The position numbers were made by a program, and so were the translations under genes. From a bacterium (GTDB lineage Bacteria; UBA8248): 64,000 bases of DNA. Location: NCBI GenBank assembly GCA_965207065.1, contig OZ242260.1:320001-384000 (forward strand), given 5' to 3'. The notes beneath the pieces were generated by a model. The model saw only the letters and a list, made by a program, of their open reading frames with translations. It was not told the origin of the DNA and searched no databases. Positions 31,304-41,445 of this stretch are shown here, piece after piece (position 1 is the first letter of the stretch; each line of letters opens with the position of its first letter).

Positions 31304-32225
31304 TCACGCCACGATTTTCTGGACGGGGATGCCGAGGGTTTTTTGCCTTGTCGACGAGGTTGTCGGTGATGCCCGAGCCGGGGAACGCGATCACGCCCTT
31401 TGGCAGGAGAGCGAGCAGCTCGTCGTTGCGCCTGAAGGGAGCGGCCCGACCGTGCGCTTCCCAGTCGGGCTTGCATACCACCTGATGAACGCCGTTGCGC
31501 TCGGCCCATCCCGCCGCGATTTTCTCGGCGCCGGGGCCGCCGCCGTGGACGAGAACGACGTCGGCGTACTTGGCCTTGACCTTGTCGAGATGCGCGATGA
31601 TAAGACCTGAGTCGTTCGCCTCCTTGCCGCCCGCGACGGCGACGAGGGTTCCCTGGGGTAAGTGGGCCGTGTTCGCGCGGTCCTTTCTGGCGCGCTGGAA
31701 GTCGCGCGCCTCGATGACGGCGGAGGTGAGCTTGCCGGTCTGCGAGACGTGGGAGCCTCGCCTGGGCCGCCATACCTCGCCGGTCTCGATGCGGTAGGCC
31801 TCTGCGGCGGTGTCCCTGAGCCCCTCGAAGGCGTCCCTGCGCTCCGTGAGGTTGTTGGCCCTGTCGGTCATGAGTTCGAGTTCGCGGGAGCGGATCTCGG
31901 AGCCGTCCTGTTCGCGCTGGAGTTCGCGGATGCCGGGGATGAGCCTGTCGGCGGCGCGGTCGAGTCGCTGTGTCTGGGCGTCCAGGGTGTTGACGAAGCC
32001 CCAGAGAAGGCTCGCCCGCTCATCCGCAAGCTGCGTTCCGTCGGGCGCTGCTTCCGCGAGTGCGCCGAAAGCCTTGATGACGGCGCCGGTCGCCTCGGCC
32101 TCGTCCCACACGGGGCGGTTGTCGAACTCGTCCGGCCCGGGCGTGGCGCCGAACAGGGCGGCCTGCTCGCAGACCATGGCGGTGAAGGATTCATGCTGGG
32201 CATCGTTGTGATCGTTCTCGTACAT
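31304..32225 (-). CDS. DUF2493 (SLOG/YspA-like) protein of conjugative elements; probable +1 slip in an A run near the C-terminus
   Basis: VAVAGG..VLVHGGGPGAEKIAAGWAERNGV..PDWEAHGRAAPFRRND..FPGSGITDNLVDKA; removing one A restores LGIPVQKIVA*. Confidence 0.8.
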
Positions 32226-32285
32226 GGTGCTCTCCTTGCGGTCGTGAGTTGCGTTGGAAGTCATCGTTCACTCCTTTGGTTGTCC

Positions 32286-32657
32286 TCAAGCGAGGGGATG
32301 GTTGAATTCGGGAAGAGCGTAGCCACGCTCGTTGCGCCCCACTTCCTTCGGCATCTCGTCGAGATACCCGGCTGCCCACTCGGCGGCGCGCGCGAGTACG
32401 TCGCCGTGGCACGGGAGGGGATGGCAGTGGCAGCCGAGTTCGCAGCCCTGGAGGTCGGCGAGTTCGTAGAGGTCCACCTCCTGGCGCTGGATTTTTCTCC
32501 ACAGCCATTGCCGGTATTTTTCAATCACGTTGTCGCGGTCGCCGTCGGGGCCGAGCCGGAAGGGGTTTCCCCATTTCGTCATGCGGTCGATCCTCACCAG
32601 CAGGCCGCTGCCGTTTTCTGCGACATAGTCGTTCAGGTTCACCACGGTGGTTTCCAT
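32286..32657 (-). CDS. DUF4326 domain protein
   Basis: IDRMTKWGNPF..VIEKYRQWL..LGCHCHPLPCHGDVL. Confidence 0.85.
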   Translation of the reverse strand: METTVVNLNDYVAENGSGLLVRIDRMTKWGNPFRLGPDGDRDNVIEKYRQWLWRKIQRQEVDLYELADLQGCELGCHCHPLPCHGDVLARAAEWAAGYLDEMPKEVGRNERGYALPEFNHPLA

Positions 32658-32717
32658 GCCTTTCTCCTCCAGAGAGTTAACGGATGCGCTTCTTAGCGCC
32701 TCATTTTCAGCACGTAA

Positions 32718-32892
32718 GGGCATCGGGCGGTGTTGCCGATGCCCGTAGGCGGGCGAATCAAGGGCTCGTCATTTTCCGGGGGGTTCCCGAAAAACACGTT
32801 TCATAGAGCGGCGCTCTGGTTTTTTGCCGCTCGACGTTTTTTGGGGGGCACCGGCAAATGATGGCCGCTTGCGGCCACCCTTTATTCGCCCG
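32718..32892. promoter_or_regulatory. Large imperfect hairpin (Frpo/ssi-like candidate)
   Basis: Nested inverted repeats; see findings. Confidence 0.55.
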
Positions 32893-33285
32893 GCGTTCGT
32901 GCTAAAATGAGGACGCTAAGAGAGAGACACCAGTACCGCCACCGGGACACAAGAGTTTTTGGGTGTTTCACGATGAAGGCGAAGCTCATCGGGAAACAAT
33001 CTCTCATGCTGCGGAGAGGGTCATTTCGGGCCGTTATTCGGCCCGAAATTCCCGCAGCGGGGGGTAGACCGAGCCACTTTCCATGGTATGTGGTGAGAGC
33101 AGGCGCATGCCGATCTTCCGTGAACACGGTTTACCGTTCACGGAACCGGAAGTATATCGGGTGTTCCCGGTAGAGGAGAGGGGCAGGCAGGGCGGGAAAG
33201 GCGCGGGCGTTTCGGTGGTGGACTTCCTCTGGATCCGGAGCAAAACAAAAGGGACCGACGCAACATCGCGCCGGCCCCGGGGTGA

Positions 33286-33720
33286 TCAGAATGGAATTTC
33301 CTGCCCGACTACGCCCGCGGTCGCCGCCACGTCGTTCGTCTCGGGGTGCGCGCCGTTGCCGTTCCCGTTCATTTTTTCCAAAAACTGCACGACCCCGCCC
33401 GGCGCGATGAGTATCTCGGTGGAGAAGCGATCCGAATCCTCCTCGTCCTTCTTCCAGCGCCTGGTCTGGAGCTTGCCGGCCACGTAGAGGAGGCGGCCCT
33501 TCTTCGCGTGGCGTTCGAGCATGTCCACCAGCCCGGGCTGGAAGGTCACTACCCTGTGCCATTCGGTTTTGTCGACACGCTCGCCGGATTGTTTCTCCAC
33601 GTAGCCCTCGTCGGTGGCGATGGATAGATTCGCGACACGCCCCCCGCTTGCGAGATGGTTGATGGTGACGTCTGCGCCTAAGCGCCCGATGAGTTCCGCA
33701 CGGTTCAGTCCGAATGCCAT
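33286..33720 (-). CDS. ssb: Single-stranded DNA-binding protein (mobile-element type)
   Basis: LNRAELIGRLGAD, ANLSIAT, TEWHRVV, GKLQTRRW, C-terminal EIPF. Confidence 0.93.
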   Translation of the reverse strand: MAFGLNRAELIGRLGADVTINHLASGGRVANLSIATDEGYVEKQSGERVDKTEWHRVVTFQPGLVDMLERHAKKGRLLYVAGKLQTRRWKKDEEDSDRFSTEILIAPGGVVQFLEKMNGNGNGAHPETNDVAATAGVVGQEIPF

Positions 33721-33794
33721 TTTGATACTCCTTGAAGTGTGGTGTGGATGATGAGGGAAGCGGAGAGCCTTTCTCTCCACTCCCCCGGTTCGCC

Positions 33795-33929
33795 CTATAC
33801 GCTACAGAACTCCTCTGTCTCGCCTTGCGCCTCGTCGCGCAGCTTGCGGATCGTGTACGCGTCGAGCCCGAGTTCTGCGAGCAACTCGTCTGCGGTGGGA
33901 ACGTCGACGTCGTAGTCGTTCTCGTACAT
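33795..33929 (-). CDS. Small acidic hypothetical protein (44 aa)
   Basis: GAGGAGG RBS; MYENDYDVDVPTADELLAELGLDAYTIRKLRDE. Confidence 0.45.
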   Translation of the reverse strand: MYENDYDVDVPTADELLAELGLDAYTIRKLRDEAQGETEEFCSV

Positions 33930-34129
33930 GGCCAGGCCTCCTCTCGGGTTGTCGCCGGCGGCGGGAGCTGGAGACCGTCTCCCTCTCCCTACCGGGCATT
34001 TGCCCGGCTCCCCGCTTCACTCTCACTCTCGGGAGGAGGTTCTCACCCGGCGGGGACAACTCGCAGAGGGCGCTTGCCATTGCCGCGGATTCGTGTCAGA
34101 AGGCGCGCGGACGTGAGGAAGGAGGAGTC

Positions 34130-34579
34130 ATGGAACGACTTAAGTCCTGGATTCCGGCGCTGTCGTGGCTGCCGGCGGGGATTATGGCGGAAGAGGTTCT
34201 GCGCGCGGGGTTCGTGTCCGGAATGATGGCGCCCGCCTCCCTCGTGGAGTTGACATTGGTTGCTCCGTGCGGCCTGCCGCTCGCGCTTGCCTGTAAGCGT
34301 CTCGCCCGCTCGGGGTATCCGGGTCCCGCCCTGGTGGCGTGGGCCGCGCTCGGCGCCGCCGCACTCGCGGGCTTCTTCGGTCCGCTCCCCGCAGGCGTTC
34401 AGGCGGTACTGGTCTCTCTTCCGGTCTGGCTGGCGGCCTGGCGGGTCGAGCGAAGGTCCCGCCGCCCGGGACTCGCCTTGCCTCGGGAATGGCGCGGGCG
34501 TTCGCCCGGCAGGTTCCTCCTACGGGAGTTGAATGACCTGGAAACCCCCCGCCGAAAACGCTTCCGGCAGACGCCCTGA
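34130..34579 (+). CDS. Hypothetical membrane protein
   Basis: Strong RBS (aggaggag); several hydrophobic helices. Confidence 0.5.
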   Translation: MERLKSWIPALSWLPAGIMAEEVLRAGFVSGMMAPASLVELTLVAPCGLPLALACKRLARSGYPGPALVAWAALGAAALAGFFGPLPAGVQAVLVSLPVWLAAWRVERRSRRPGLALPREWRGRSPGRFLLRELNDLETPRRKRFRQTP

Positions 34580-34722
34580 GGTCGACGGGACGGCTGCGGA
34601 GCAGGGCGGCGTCGAAACCTCCCCCCTCCATCGTCGTCCCGCCGATGGGGTGGACGACCCCTCCTGGCAGGTATCACACTGTGGCGAGGTGGCGTCTCTA
34701 AATCGCCCGGAAGGAGTATCCC

Positions 34723-35748
34723 ATGGAACAGGTTCACATCATCGGTATCGACCTGGCGAAACACGGATTTTAACTCCATGGCGCGCGCTCAGACGGTTCG
34801 GTCGCGTTTCGCAAGAAACTGAGCCGGGGGAAAGTACCGGGTTTTCTGTCTTCGCAGCCGCGCTGCCTGATCGCGATGGAGGCGTGCGCGAGCGCGCACT
34901 ACTGGGGCCGCGAGATCGGCAGGCTCGGCCACGAGGTGAAGCTCATGCCACCGGTCTACGTGAAGCCTTACCTTAAGCGTCAGAAGAACGACGCGGCGGA
35001 CGCGGAGGCGATCTGCGAGGCCGCCTCGCGCCCGACCATGCGCTTCGTGGCGGTGAAGAGCGAAGCGCAGCAGGCCCAGGGCATGCTGTTCCGTACGCGC
35101 GATCTCCTGGTTCGCCAGCGCACGCAGACTGCCAATGCGTTGCGCGGTCACTTCGCGGAGTTCGGGGTCATCGCTCCGCAGGGACTGGTGAATACCTCTC
35201 GCCTGGCGGCGGCTCTTGGAGACCCGGTTACGGAGCTGCCGACGGTGGTCCGCGAGTTGGGCGGGGTTCTTCTCGATCAAATTGCCGAACTCAACGAGAA
35301 GATCAGGGAGTTGGAGAGGCAACTCCACGCGGGCGCTTACGCGGACGAGGAGGCGAGGCGTCTGATGAGCATCCCGGGGGTTGGTCCGATCACCGCGTCG
35401 GCGATACTGGCCTTCGCGCCGCCTTTGGAGAGCTTCAAGCGCGGACGGGACTTCTCCGCCTGGCTCGGCCTCGTGCCCAGACAGCACTCGACCGGAGGTA
35501 AGTCCCGACTGGGCAAAGTGTCGAAGATGGGACAGCGCGACATCAGGCGGCTGTTGATCATAGGTGCCATGGCGGTGGTGCGCAGCGCGGTCCGGCGCGG
35601 CGCGCCGGCGGGCTCCTGGCTGGCCCGGATGCTGGCGCGCAAGCCTCGGATGCTGGTCGCGGTGGCGCTGGCGAATCGAATGGCGCGCATCGCCTGGGCG
35701 CTGATAACGAAGAAAGAACTCTACCAGGAACGGGCGCCGGTCGCCTGA
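34723..35748 (+). pseudogene. IS110 recombinase (DEDD RuvC-like + Transposase_20) with nonsense TAA at 34771-34773
   Basis: MEQVHIIGIDLAKHGF*LHG..MEAC..KNDAADAEAI..SIPGVG..AWLGLVPRQHSTGG..VALANRMARIAW, all in one frame. Confidence 0.92.
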
Positions 35749-35997
35749 GCGGCAGACAAACGGATTATCCGGGAATGTGAGCAGGTCGGAGGACGGGTAA
35801 GGGAAAATGGTCAATGAGACAGGATCGGGAAAACCAGGGTACCGCCGAGAGCTATCGAGCTCGCCCCGCCGAATTGGACCCGATCCGCGCATCTCCATAC
35901 AGACCCGCGGCGAATTATATGCCGCATCAAGAGGTCGGACATACGACTGCGCCTGACCACAGACCCTGAATCGTTCAAATGACATGCTTGCATTTAC
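35749..35997 (+). ncRNA. Putative bridge/seek RNA of the IS1111 element
   Basis: Two stem / internal loop / hairpin units (35822-35886 and 35887-35952) whose loop segments match the flanks and the element end. Confidence 0.7.
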
Positions 35998-36048
35998 GGG
36001 GTCGTCCACATACGGCGGTACGTACCCCCGCCGTGCCGGCTCAGGCGC

Positions 36049-36858
36049 TCACCACCCGGCGAGCCCGGAAATCACGGGCGCGTCCTCGACCACCTCCACT
36101 TCCTCGCGGGAGAGCCTCTTGAAGGCGAGGCACATCGCGACTTCCTCCCATGAGTCCAACGGTCCGTGCTCGATGCCCGTGGCCAATTCGACAATGGTGT
36201 AGCGCGGCGGAAAGACCGGCATCCCCCTGTGCACGCCCGAGGAGTGCCAGGAGCGCGAAGCGCAACGGGCGCACCTTGATGCTCCGTCCGAATCCTGGCC
36301 GCAATCAACGCAGGCGTTCCTGGCGCGCCTGTCGCGATAGCGCGCACGGCTGGCGGCGTTCTTGCGCGGGCGGCGCTTTGAATCCCTTGCGGCGCACGAA
36401 GCGCACGTCGAAGCCCCCGCGAGGACCTCTCCTCCGCATCTACCGCAAAGTCCCCTGGCGCGCCTTTTTTCATAAAGCTTCTTCTCCGCCGCGCGGCGCG
36501 AATCCCTGCAATTTTCGCAGACGGTGGCGCCCTCGGCGGGTTCTCGTTCGCCGCAAGTCGTGCAGAGCCCGGCTTCGAGACGATCATCCCGGCGCTTCCT
36601 CGCCCTCACACGCGCCATGCGGCGGCGGCTCTCTGGAGAGCGTCCTCCGTATCGAGCCCCCTCTCCCCGGGCTTTGGCGTACCGGGCGCGTTCGGACATG
36701 CGTCCTCTCTCGAGGCAGAATTCGCAGATACTGCGACCCTGTGCGGGAGGGTGTTTTCCGCACTTCGGACAAGCCCCCCGCGCTCTGCGCTCGGCCGTCC
36801 GGCGCCTGTGTCGTTCGCGTTCATAAGCGCGTCGCTTCTCCGGGTCTTTGTGGGGCAT
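36049..36858 (-). CDS. Arg-rich protein with four tandem CxxC-x(9-11)-CxxC zinc-binding repeats
   Basis: CPKC..CEFC, CTTC..CENC, CGRC..CASC, CVDC..CARC; GGAGG RBS. Confidence 0.75.
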   Translation of the reverse strand: MPHKDPEKRRAYERERHRRRTAERRARGACPKCGKHPPAQGRSICEFCLERGRMSERARYAKARGEGARYGGRSPESRRRMARVRARKRRDDRLEAGLCTTCGEREPAEGATVCENCRDSRRAAEKKLYEKRRARGLCGRCGGEVLAGASTCASCAARDSKRRPRKNAASRARYRDRRARNACVDCGQDSDGASRCARCASRSWHSSGVHRGMPVFPPRYTIVELATGIEHGPLDSWEEVAMCLAFKRLSREEVEVVEDAPVISGLAGW

Positions 36859-36928
36859 GGTTTCCCTCCTTCCGGCGACTGGAGTCCGTACGGCCGGCAG
36901 TGGGCCGACGAAACGTCTTGCGGGCTCA

Positions 36929-37228
36929 TCACCGGCTCATCATTCGGCCCCAGACGAGGTGTTCGCCCCACAGCTGGAGCCCGCTCCCGGGGATTTTGAT
37001 CCCCGTGCAGACGATGAGCTCGTCCCGGGCGGGACGCATCTCCCTGACAACACGGCGCGAGGCCGTCACGCGTTTTCTTCTGCGCTTACCCGGTTCTCCC
37101 GCGGGGACGGGACGAATGCCGCCCCGGGCATCGGATTGATAGCGTTTGACTTCGTAGCGCTCATCGGCCAGGCCAGAGCCCAGAAGATGGATGAGGAAGG
37201 TATTCGCTTCGGGTTTTGGTTTACGCAT
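36929..37228 (-). CDS. Hypothetical basic protein
   Basis: AAGGAGG RBS before MRKPKPEANTF. Confidence 0.45.
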   Translation of the reverse strand: MRKPKPEANTFLIHLLGSGLADERYEVKRYQSDARGGIRPVPAGEPGKRRRKRVTASRRVVREMRPARDELIVCTGIKIPGSGLQLWGEHLVWGRMMSR

Positions 37229-37627
37229 CGCGCGGCCTCCTTGGAGTGGGTGGGTGATGGCGGCGGAAGTGAACCTCGACCGGGAGAGCCTCCCTCCCGG
37301 ACCATTCCGCCGCCCCCTCCCGGTCCGGCTCCGCCTCCCGGCGGGGCGGCGCGCGTCGATGGAGGAAGAAAGAGATGCGGCTCGTATTCGCGCATTTTTT
37401 TCGGATTTTTTATCAAATCCCGGCGCGGGGGATGTCCGGCGTGAGCGCGTACGGCGGCAAGGCGCAGGAAATCCGCTGCAAAATTTCCTTGCACGCGGAT
37501 TGTTTTCGGATAATATGGGCGTCCGTGAAGAGGACGGGACGCCGCGGCGAACAACCGGGGGGGGGTATTCCGGGATACGGGGCGCGCGCCGCCGCATGAG
37601 CGGGAGAGAGCGGAGTTCATCGCGCGC

Positions 37628-37975
37628 TCAGGCGAAGGGGCCGTGACCGTAGGGATAATCATCATCGTACATCTCGCCTTCCTCGTAATCACGCCGCCAG
37701 GAGTAACGCCCCGTCCGGGTCTCCCAGTCGAATTGCTCTTCGTTCCTCTCGGGAAGGGTGTAGGAGGTGAAGGCGGACCAGTCGCCGCGGTACGCCCGCC
37801 ACAGGGCGCCCGAGAGCGCGGTGACGATGGTCCAGAGCGCGGCGAGGAGCCAGGCCGCAGAGATGAAGCGGACGCCCCTCCCGCCGCTTATGCCGATAAG
37901 GGTGTAGAGCAGCGCGAGAGCGGGGCCAGCGAGAACGATCAAGTGCGCCGCAGCGGATGGTTTCGGGTTTGTCAT
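37628..37975 (-). CDS. Two-TM hypothetical protein
   Basis: GGAGG RBS; MTNPKPS, two TM helices, acidic tail. Confidence 0.55.
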   Translation of the reverse strand: MTNPKPSAAAHLIVLAGPALALLYTLIGISGGRGVRFISAAWLLAALWTIVTALSGALWRAYRGDWSAFTSYTLPERNEEQFDWETRTGRYSWRRDYEEGEMYDDDYPYGHGPFA

Positions 37976-38460
37976 GGAAAATCCTCCCGGGTCGTGAGTC
38001 GATGGCGGACGGGCGCGGCGGCCTCTCTCCACCCCGCACCCTCGGTCCCGGGCGACTCTCCCCGGCCTCCACCTCTCGCCGGCGGGCGGCGGTATGACGT
38101 CGACCACCACGACCGGCCGCCTCGAGGGTTCCTGCTCGATCGGCGGATGGATGAGAGACGTGGACGACGAGGGGGTCTTGCGCGAGCAGGAGCCGTTGAG
38201 CAAGACCCGGCGGCGGTGTATATTTGCCGCGATACCCGTACAGATTCAGGGAAAACACCGTACCGCGAAAAACGCGAACCAGCCGCTTCAGGCGCGCATT
38301 TCCTCCTTGTGCTGTGTTGCCTGGGGTTCAAGCAAGCGGCGAGTCGCCCCTCCCGGCGTCCCCTCGTGGAAATGTCGTGAAAGACCAATGCGGCATTTCA
38401 CACTTGCCGGGAGGGGCGGCGCTCCGGTTCAGGCGCTTTCATAGGGGGTATGAGAAAAAG

Positions 38461-38720
38461 ATGCGGAACACCGGCATATCGGCCCATGCCGCACGGAGGG
38501 TGTCCCTGCCTAAGGCCGGGGCGCGAAGCGCGGTGGACGCGCTGCTTCGCGCCGGCGGGGACACTTTCCCAAGGATATTTCTGACGGGGTTGTGCGCGTT
38601 GCCGCTCGGGAGCCGTCCTGCGGGGAGGGACCTCGGCATGGGGGGAGCGAGTCGATGCCCGGCCTGGAAGACGCTGGGTTTCCGGGCATCCGGAACGCCC
38701 TGTGAAGCGGACGATGCGGC
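38461..38720 (+). pseudogene. Degenerate HU/IHF-family gene
   Basis: MRNTGISAHAARRVSLPKAGARSAVDALL...CPAWKTLGFRASG loosely follows the HU consensus. Confidence 0.5.
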
Positions 38721-39307
38721 AAGCCCGAATGGATGTCCGGCAGCGGTTGCTCCGGACCAACCGGAAGCAATACCCAGAGCGCTGCAACGAGCGCCGTCAC
38801 CCCGCCGCCGGACACTGGCCCCCGACATGGGCGCACCGGGACGCGCAGAGGTTGTAATGAATCCGCTTGCGGTTTGATTACTCATTTCAAAGGAGAAAAA
38901 CCAAGCACGCTGCAGCAGGACGAAAAACCGACGTATCTGATATAAAATCAGCTAGTTACATGGAGGCTTTGATTATCGGAAAATGTTGGATACGGTCTGT
39001 TCGATAAAAGAATAAGAGAAGATGATGGTCTTTGTCAACAAACATTCCCGGTGGATATCCAAAAAATTCGTCCCTTGAAGATTCGAATCCTGCACCGGTC
39101 ATCGTGCCGGGAAAAATGTTTAGCAATTGCAAAATCAATCTTTTACAAGATATTCAGTTTCAAAAGGAAACGAAGGGAATTTCTTTTCTCCACCCGGGTC
39201 CCCTCAATTCAAGAAAAAAATTTTCATTTACAGCCTATCCTGGCCCCGCAATTGCGCCCTGCGCCTCAGAAAATCTGGCGAAGCATCATACGATTGAAGC
39301 AGAAGAC

Positions 39308-41227
39308 CTATTCCCTTAGTTTATAGAAGAAAATCTGGCTTTTCTCGCCGGTCAGCGGGCTCGAACTCGTCGCCGCAATTACGAGATCGTCGAAACCGTC
39401 GTTGTCCGCGTCGCCAAATGCGAAATCCACGATTCCCCCGCGCAGTTTTCTGGAGCGCCAGATCTGGGTCAAACCGCTGCCGTCCCATATCAGGCTCGCG
39501 ACCTGACCCCTCGAAACGCCCAGACCGGGTGCGATGCCAACGGCGTATTCGTTGCGGATCACCAGAACCTCGTCCACCCCATCCCTGTCGACGTCTTCGA
39601 CCAGCACGCGCGAGCGTATTGGGAGATCCGGCACATGAATCCTGTCACTGGTGTTTTCAGTATTGGCCTGGGAGAAAAATTTATGGACGGGTGCGCCGTA
39701 GGTTTCAGAACTCGAGTAAATATCCTGCCCACTCATCGAGAAAACCCTCAGCATGTCGTCCTTGCCGACTTCGATGACCTCCAGCGCGCCGTCCTTGTTG
39801 ATATCCCACAAGCCGAAGCCGAGTATCGACAAATCGGGCGGAAGCGCATAGGGGGCGGCAGGCGCGAGCTTTCCTCCCGACCAGCGATAGCTGCGAATGG
39901 GGCCATCGAAAGCCTTGTCGAGTCCTTCTTTCTGGCCCAGGAGCAGGTAGGCTTCTGAATCGGGGATTTTAGCGCCCTTCTTGGGCCGCCTCACTTGAAG
40001 CAGTCGGTAAAACGTCCTGTCGTTCCGGACGAGAGGCGTGAACTTACCATTCTTGTACTGCAGGACCAACGAGAACAACTCATTCGAGCGATAAGAGGCG
40101 AGGTAGAACTCGGGCGCGCCGTCTCCGTTCATGTCGGCGATATCGAGCCAGCGGAAGTCGTTCGCCGCCCCCTCGTCGAAGCGCGCGATTTCGCGCATCC
40201 GGTTATTCTCGAATCGGTTGACGATAACCTGAGTCTGCGTGATGAGGACGACTTCGTTCTTCCCGTCGCCATCCACATCCGCGACAGACATCCCCCGGAA
40301 GGTGACCTTGTCGAACGAGTAGCTTTTTTGACCACCTCTCCCACCTGCTACGCCCTCGCGAGCGAGCACGAAACTCTCGTTCGCAGGTCCTGCACGTCCG
40401 CCTCCCTCGCCGCGATTGAGGTCCTTCACTTGGGGCGGCAAGCTCTGATCGAAAGGAAGTTCATCCGCAATCGCCACGGCCTTGAAGAGTTCCTCCTTCG
40501 TGGTGAGGGACAACAGACGGGTGGAGAGGATTTTCTTACCTTTGATTTCGCGGAGTTCGTTCTCGAGGGCCATGTCGCCCCGAATCTGATTTCGCAGACG
40601 AATCGGGTTCTCACGTTTCAGAATTTCATCGGTGGCAATGCCAGTCTCAAGGAGCCATACCTGGAGCCTGTCCACGTCGTAGACGTCGAAGCGCCCGCTC
40701 CTCAGGAGTTGGCTTCCGAGTTCCCTCGTGAGCGTCTCCATGCTGATGGCCTCTTTCGTCTGGTTGACGAAAGGCAGTATCGCCATGCGAACCTTCGCGG
40801 CGGACATGCGCACCGTGTCTTTGATGCGCGGGGAGAGTTGTCCGCCCGGCGCCAGGCGGACCAGCCGGGCGATGGAGAATTTCTCCCGCACCTCGACGAC
40901 TTCGATCTCGCCGATTTCCTCTTCCAGCTTGCCGAGAACGACGCCCGTCGCCGGGTGTCGGAACGGCGCGCCCTCGCGGTAGACGCCGAGCTTGACGCCT
41001 TTAACAACCTTATCTTTCTCACCCAGGCTCAAGTAGAGGTCCGCACCCTTTACGGCGACCACCGCGCCGCGCAGATTCGGGAATCTCTGGTGCAGCTTCT
41101 CACTGATGAGGCCCAAGGCCTTGCGGTAATCGTTCTCCTGGGCGTGAGTCGAGCCGACGAATAGGCCGAGGGAAATCATGAGCGCCGGCAGGACGAGCGA
41201 CGCCTTCATAACAAAGTGAGAGAACAT
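39308..41227 (-). CDS. Secreted FG-GAP/VCBS-repeat protein, copy B
   Basis: Colinear, highly similar paralog of 9713..11656. Confidence 0.82.
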   Translation of the reverse strand: MFSHFVMKASLVLPALMISLGLFVGSTHAQENDYRKALGLISEKLHQRFPNLRGAVVAVKGADLYLSLGEKDKVVKGVKLGVYREGAPFRHPATGVVLGKLEEEIGEIEVVEVREKFSIARLVRLAPGGQLSPRIKDTVRMSAAKVRMAILPFVNQTKEAISMETLTRELGSQLLRSGRFDVYDVDRLQVWLLETGIATDEILKRENPIRLRNQIRGDMALENELREIKGKKILSTRLLSLTTKEELFKAVAIADELPFDQSLPPQVKDLNRGEGGGRAGPANESFVLAREGVAGGRGGQKSYSFDKVTFRGMSVADVDGDGKNEVVLITQTQVIVNRFENNRMREIARFDEGAANDFRWLDIADMNGDGAPEFYLASYRSNELFSLVLQYKNGKFTPLVRNDRTFYRLLQVRRPKKGAKIPDSEAYLLLGQKEGLDKAFDGPIRSYRWSGGKLAPAAPYALPPDLSILGFGLWDINKDGALEVIEVGKDDMLRVFSMSGQDIYSSSETYGAPVHKFFSQANTENTSDRIHVPDLPIRSRVLVEDVDRDGVDEVLVIRNEYAVGIAPGLGVSRGQVASLIWDGSGLTQIWRSRKLRGGIVDFAFGDADNDGFDDLVIAATSSSPLTGEKSQIFFYKLRE

Positions 41228-41445
41228 GAAAAAACCTCACACAGGCAGCATACTTAAGGTAGAAACTCCGGCAACACCGACACCGCTCCACAACGGAGCA
41301 TGGCTCCGGAAAAAAATCAGCCGTTATAAGTTATCGAAGACAGAAAGCCCCAAACATTCCCAAATATACCGCGTAAGAAGCAGAAAGCAAGCCTATTCAG
41401 TCCATACGAAAAGCCACTCCATCCCGGCGCAGGCTGTGTTTCGCC

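Larger units (their letters stand above)
34650..36009 (+). mobile_element. IS110 family, IS1111 group element
   Basis: Perfect 12-bp subterminal IR gtggacgacccc (34650-34661) / ggggtcgtccac (35998-36009); short left end, long right non-coding end. Confidence 0.92.

Noticed and set aside
15829-34773. Stop-codon reassignment or selenocysteine readthrough at in-frame stops
   Set aside because: Stops are of mixed type (TGA, TAA), co-occur with frameshifts and are confined to the island; core genes use the standard code.
39076-39102. gattcgaatcctgcaccggtca as a tRNA 3' fragment / att site near the island end
   Set aside because: The T-stem does not pair properly, there is no CCA, and I found no second copy at the other boundary.
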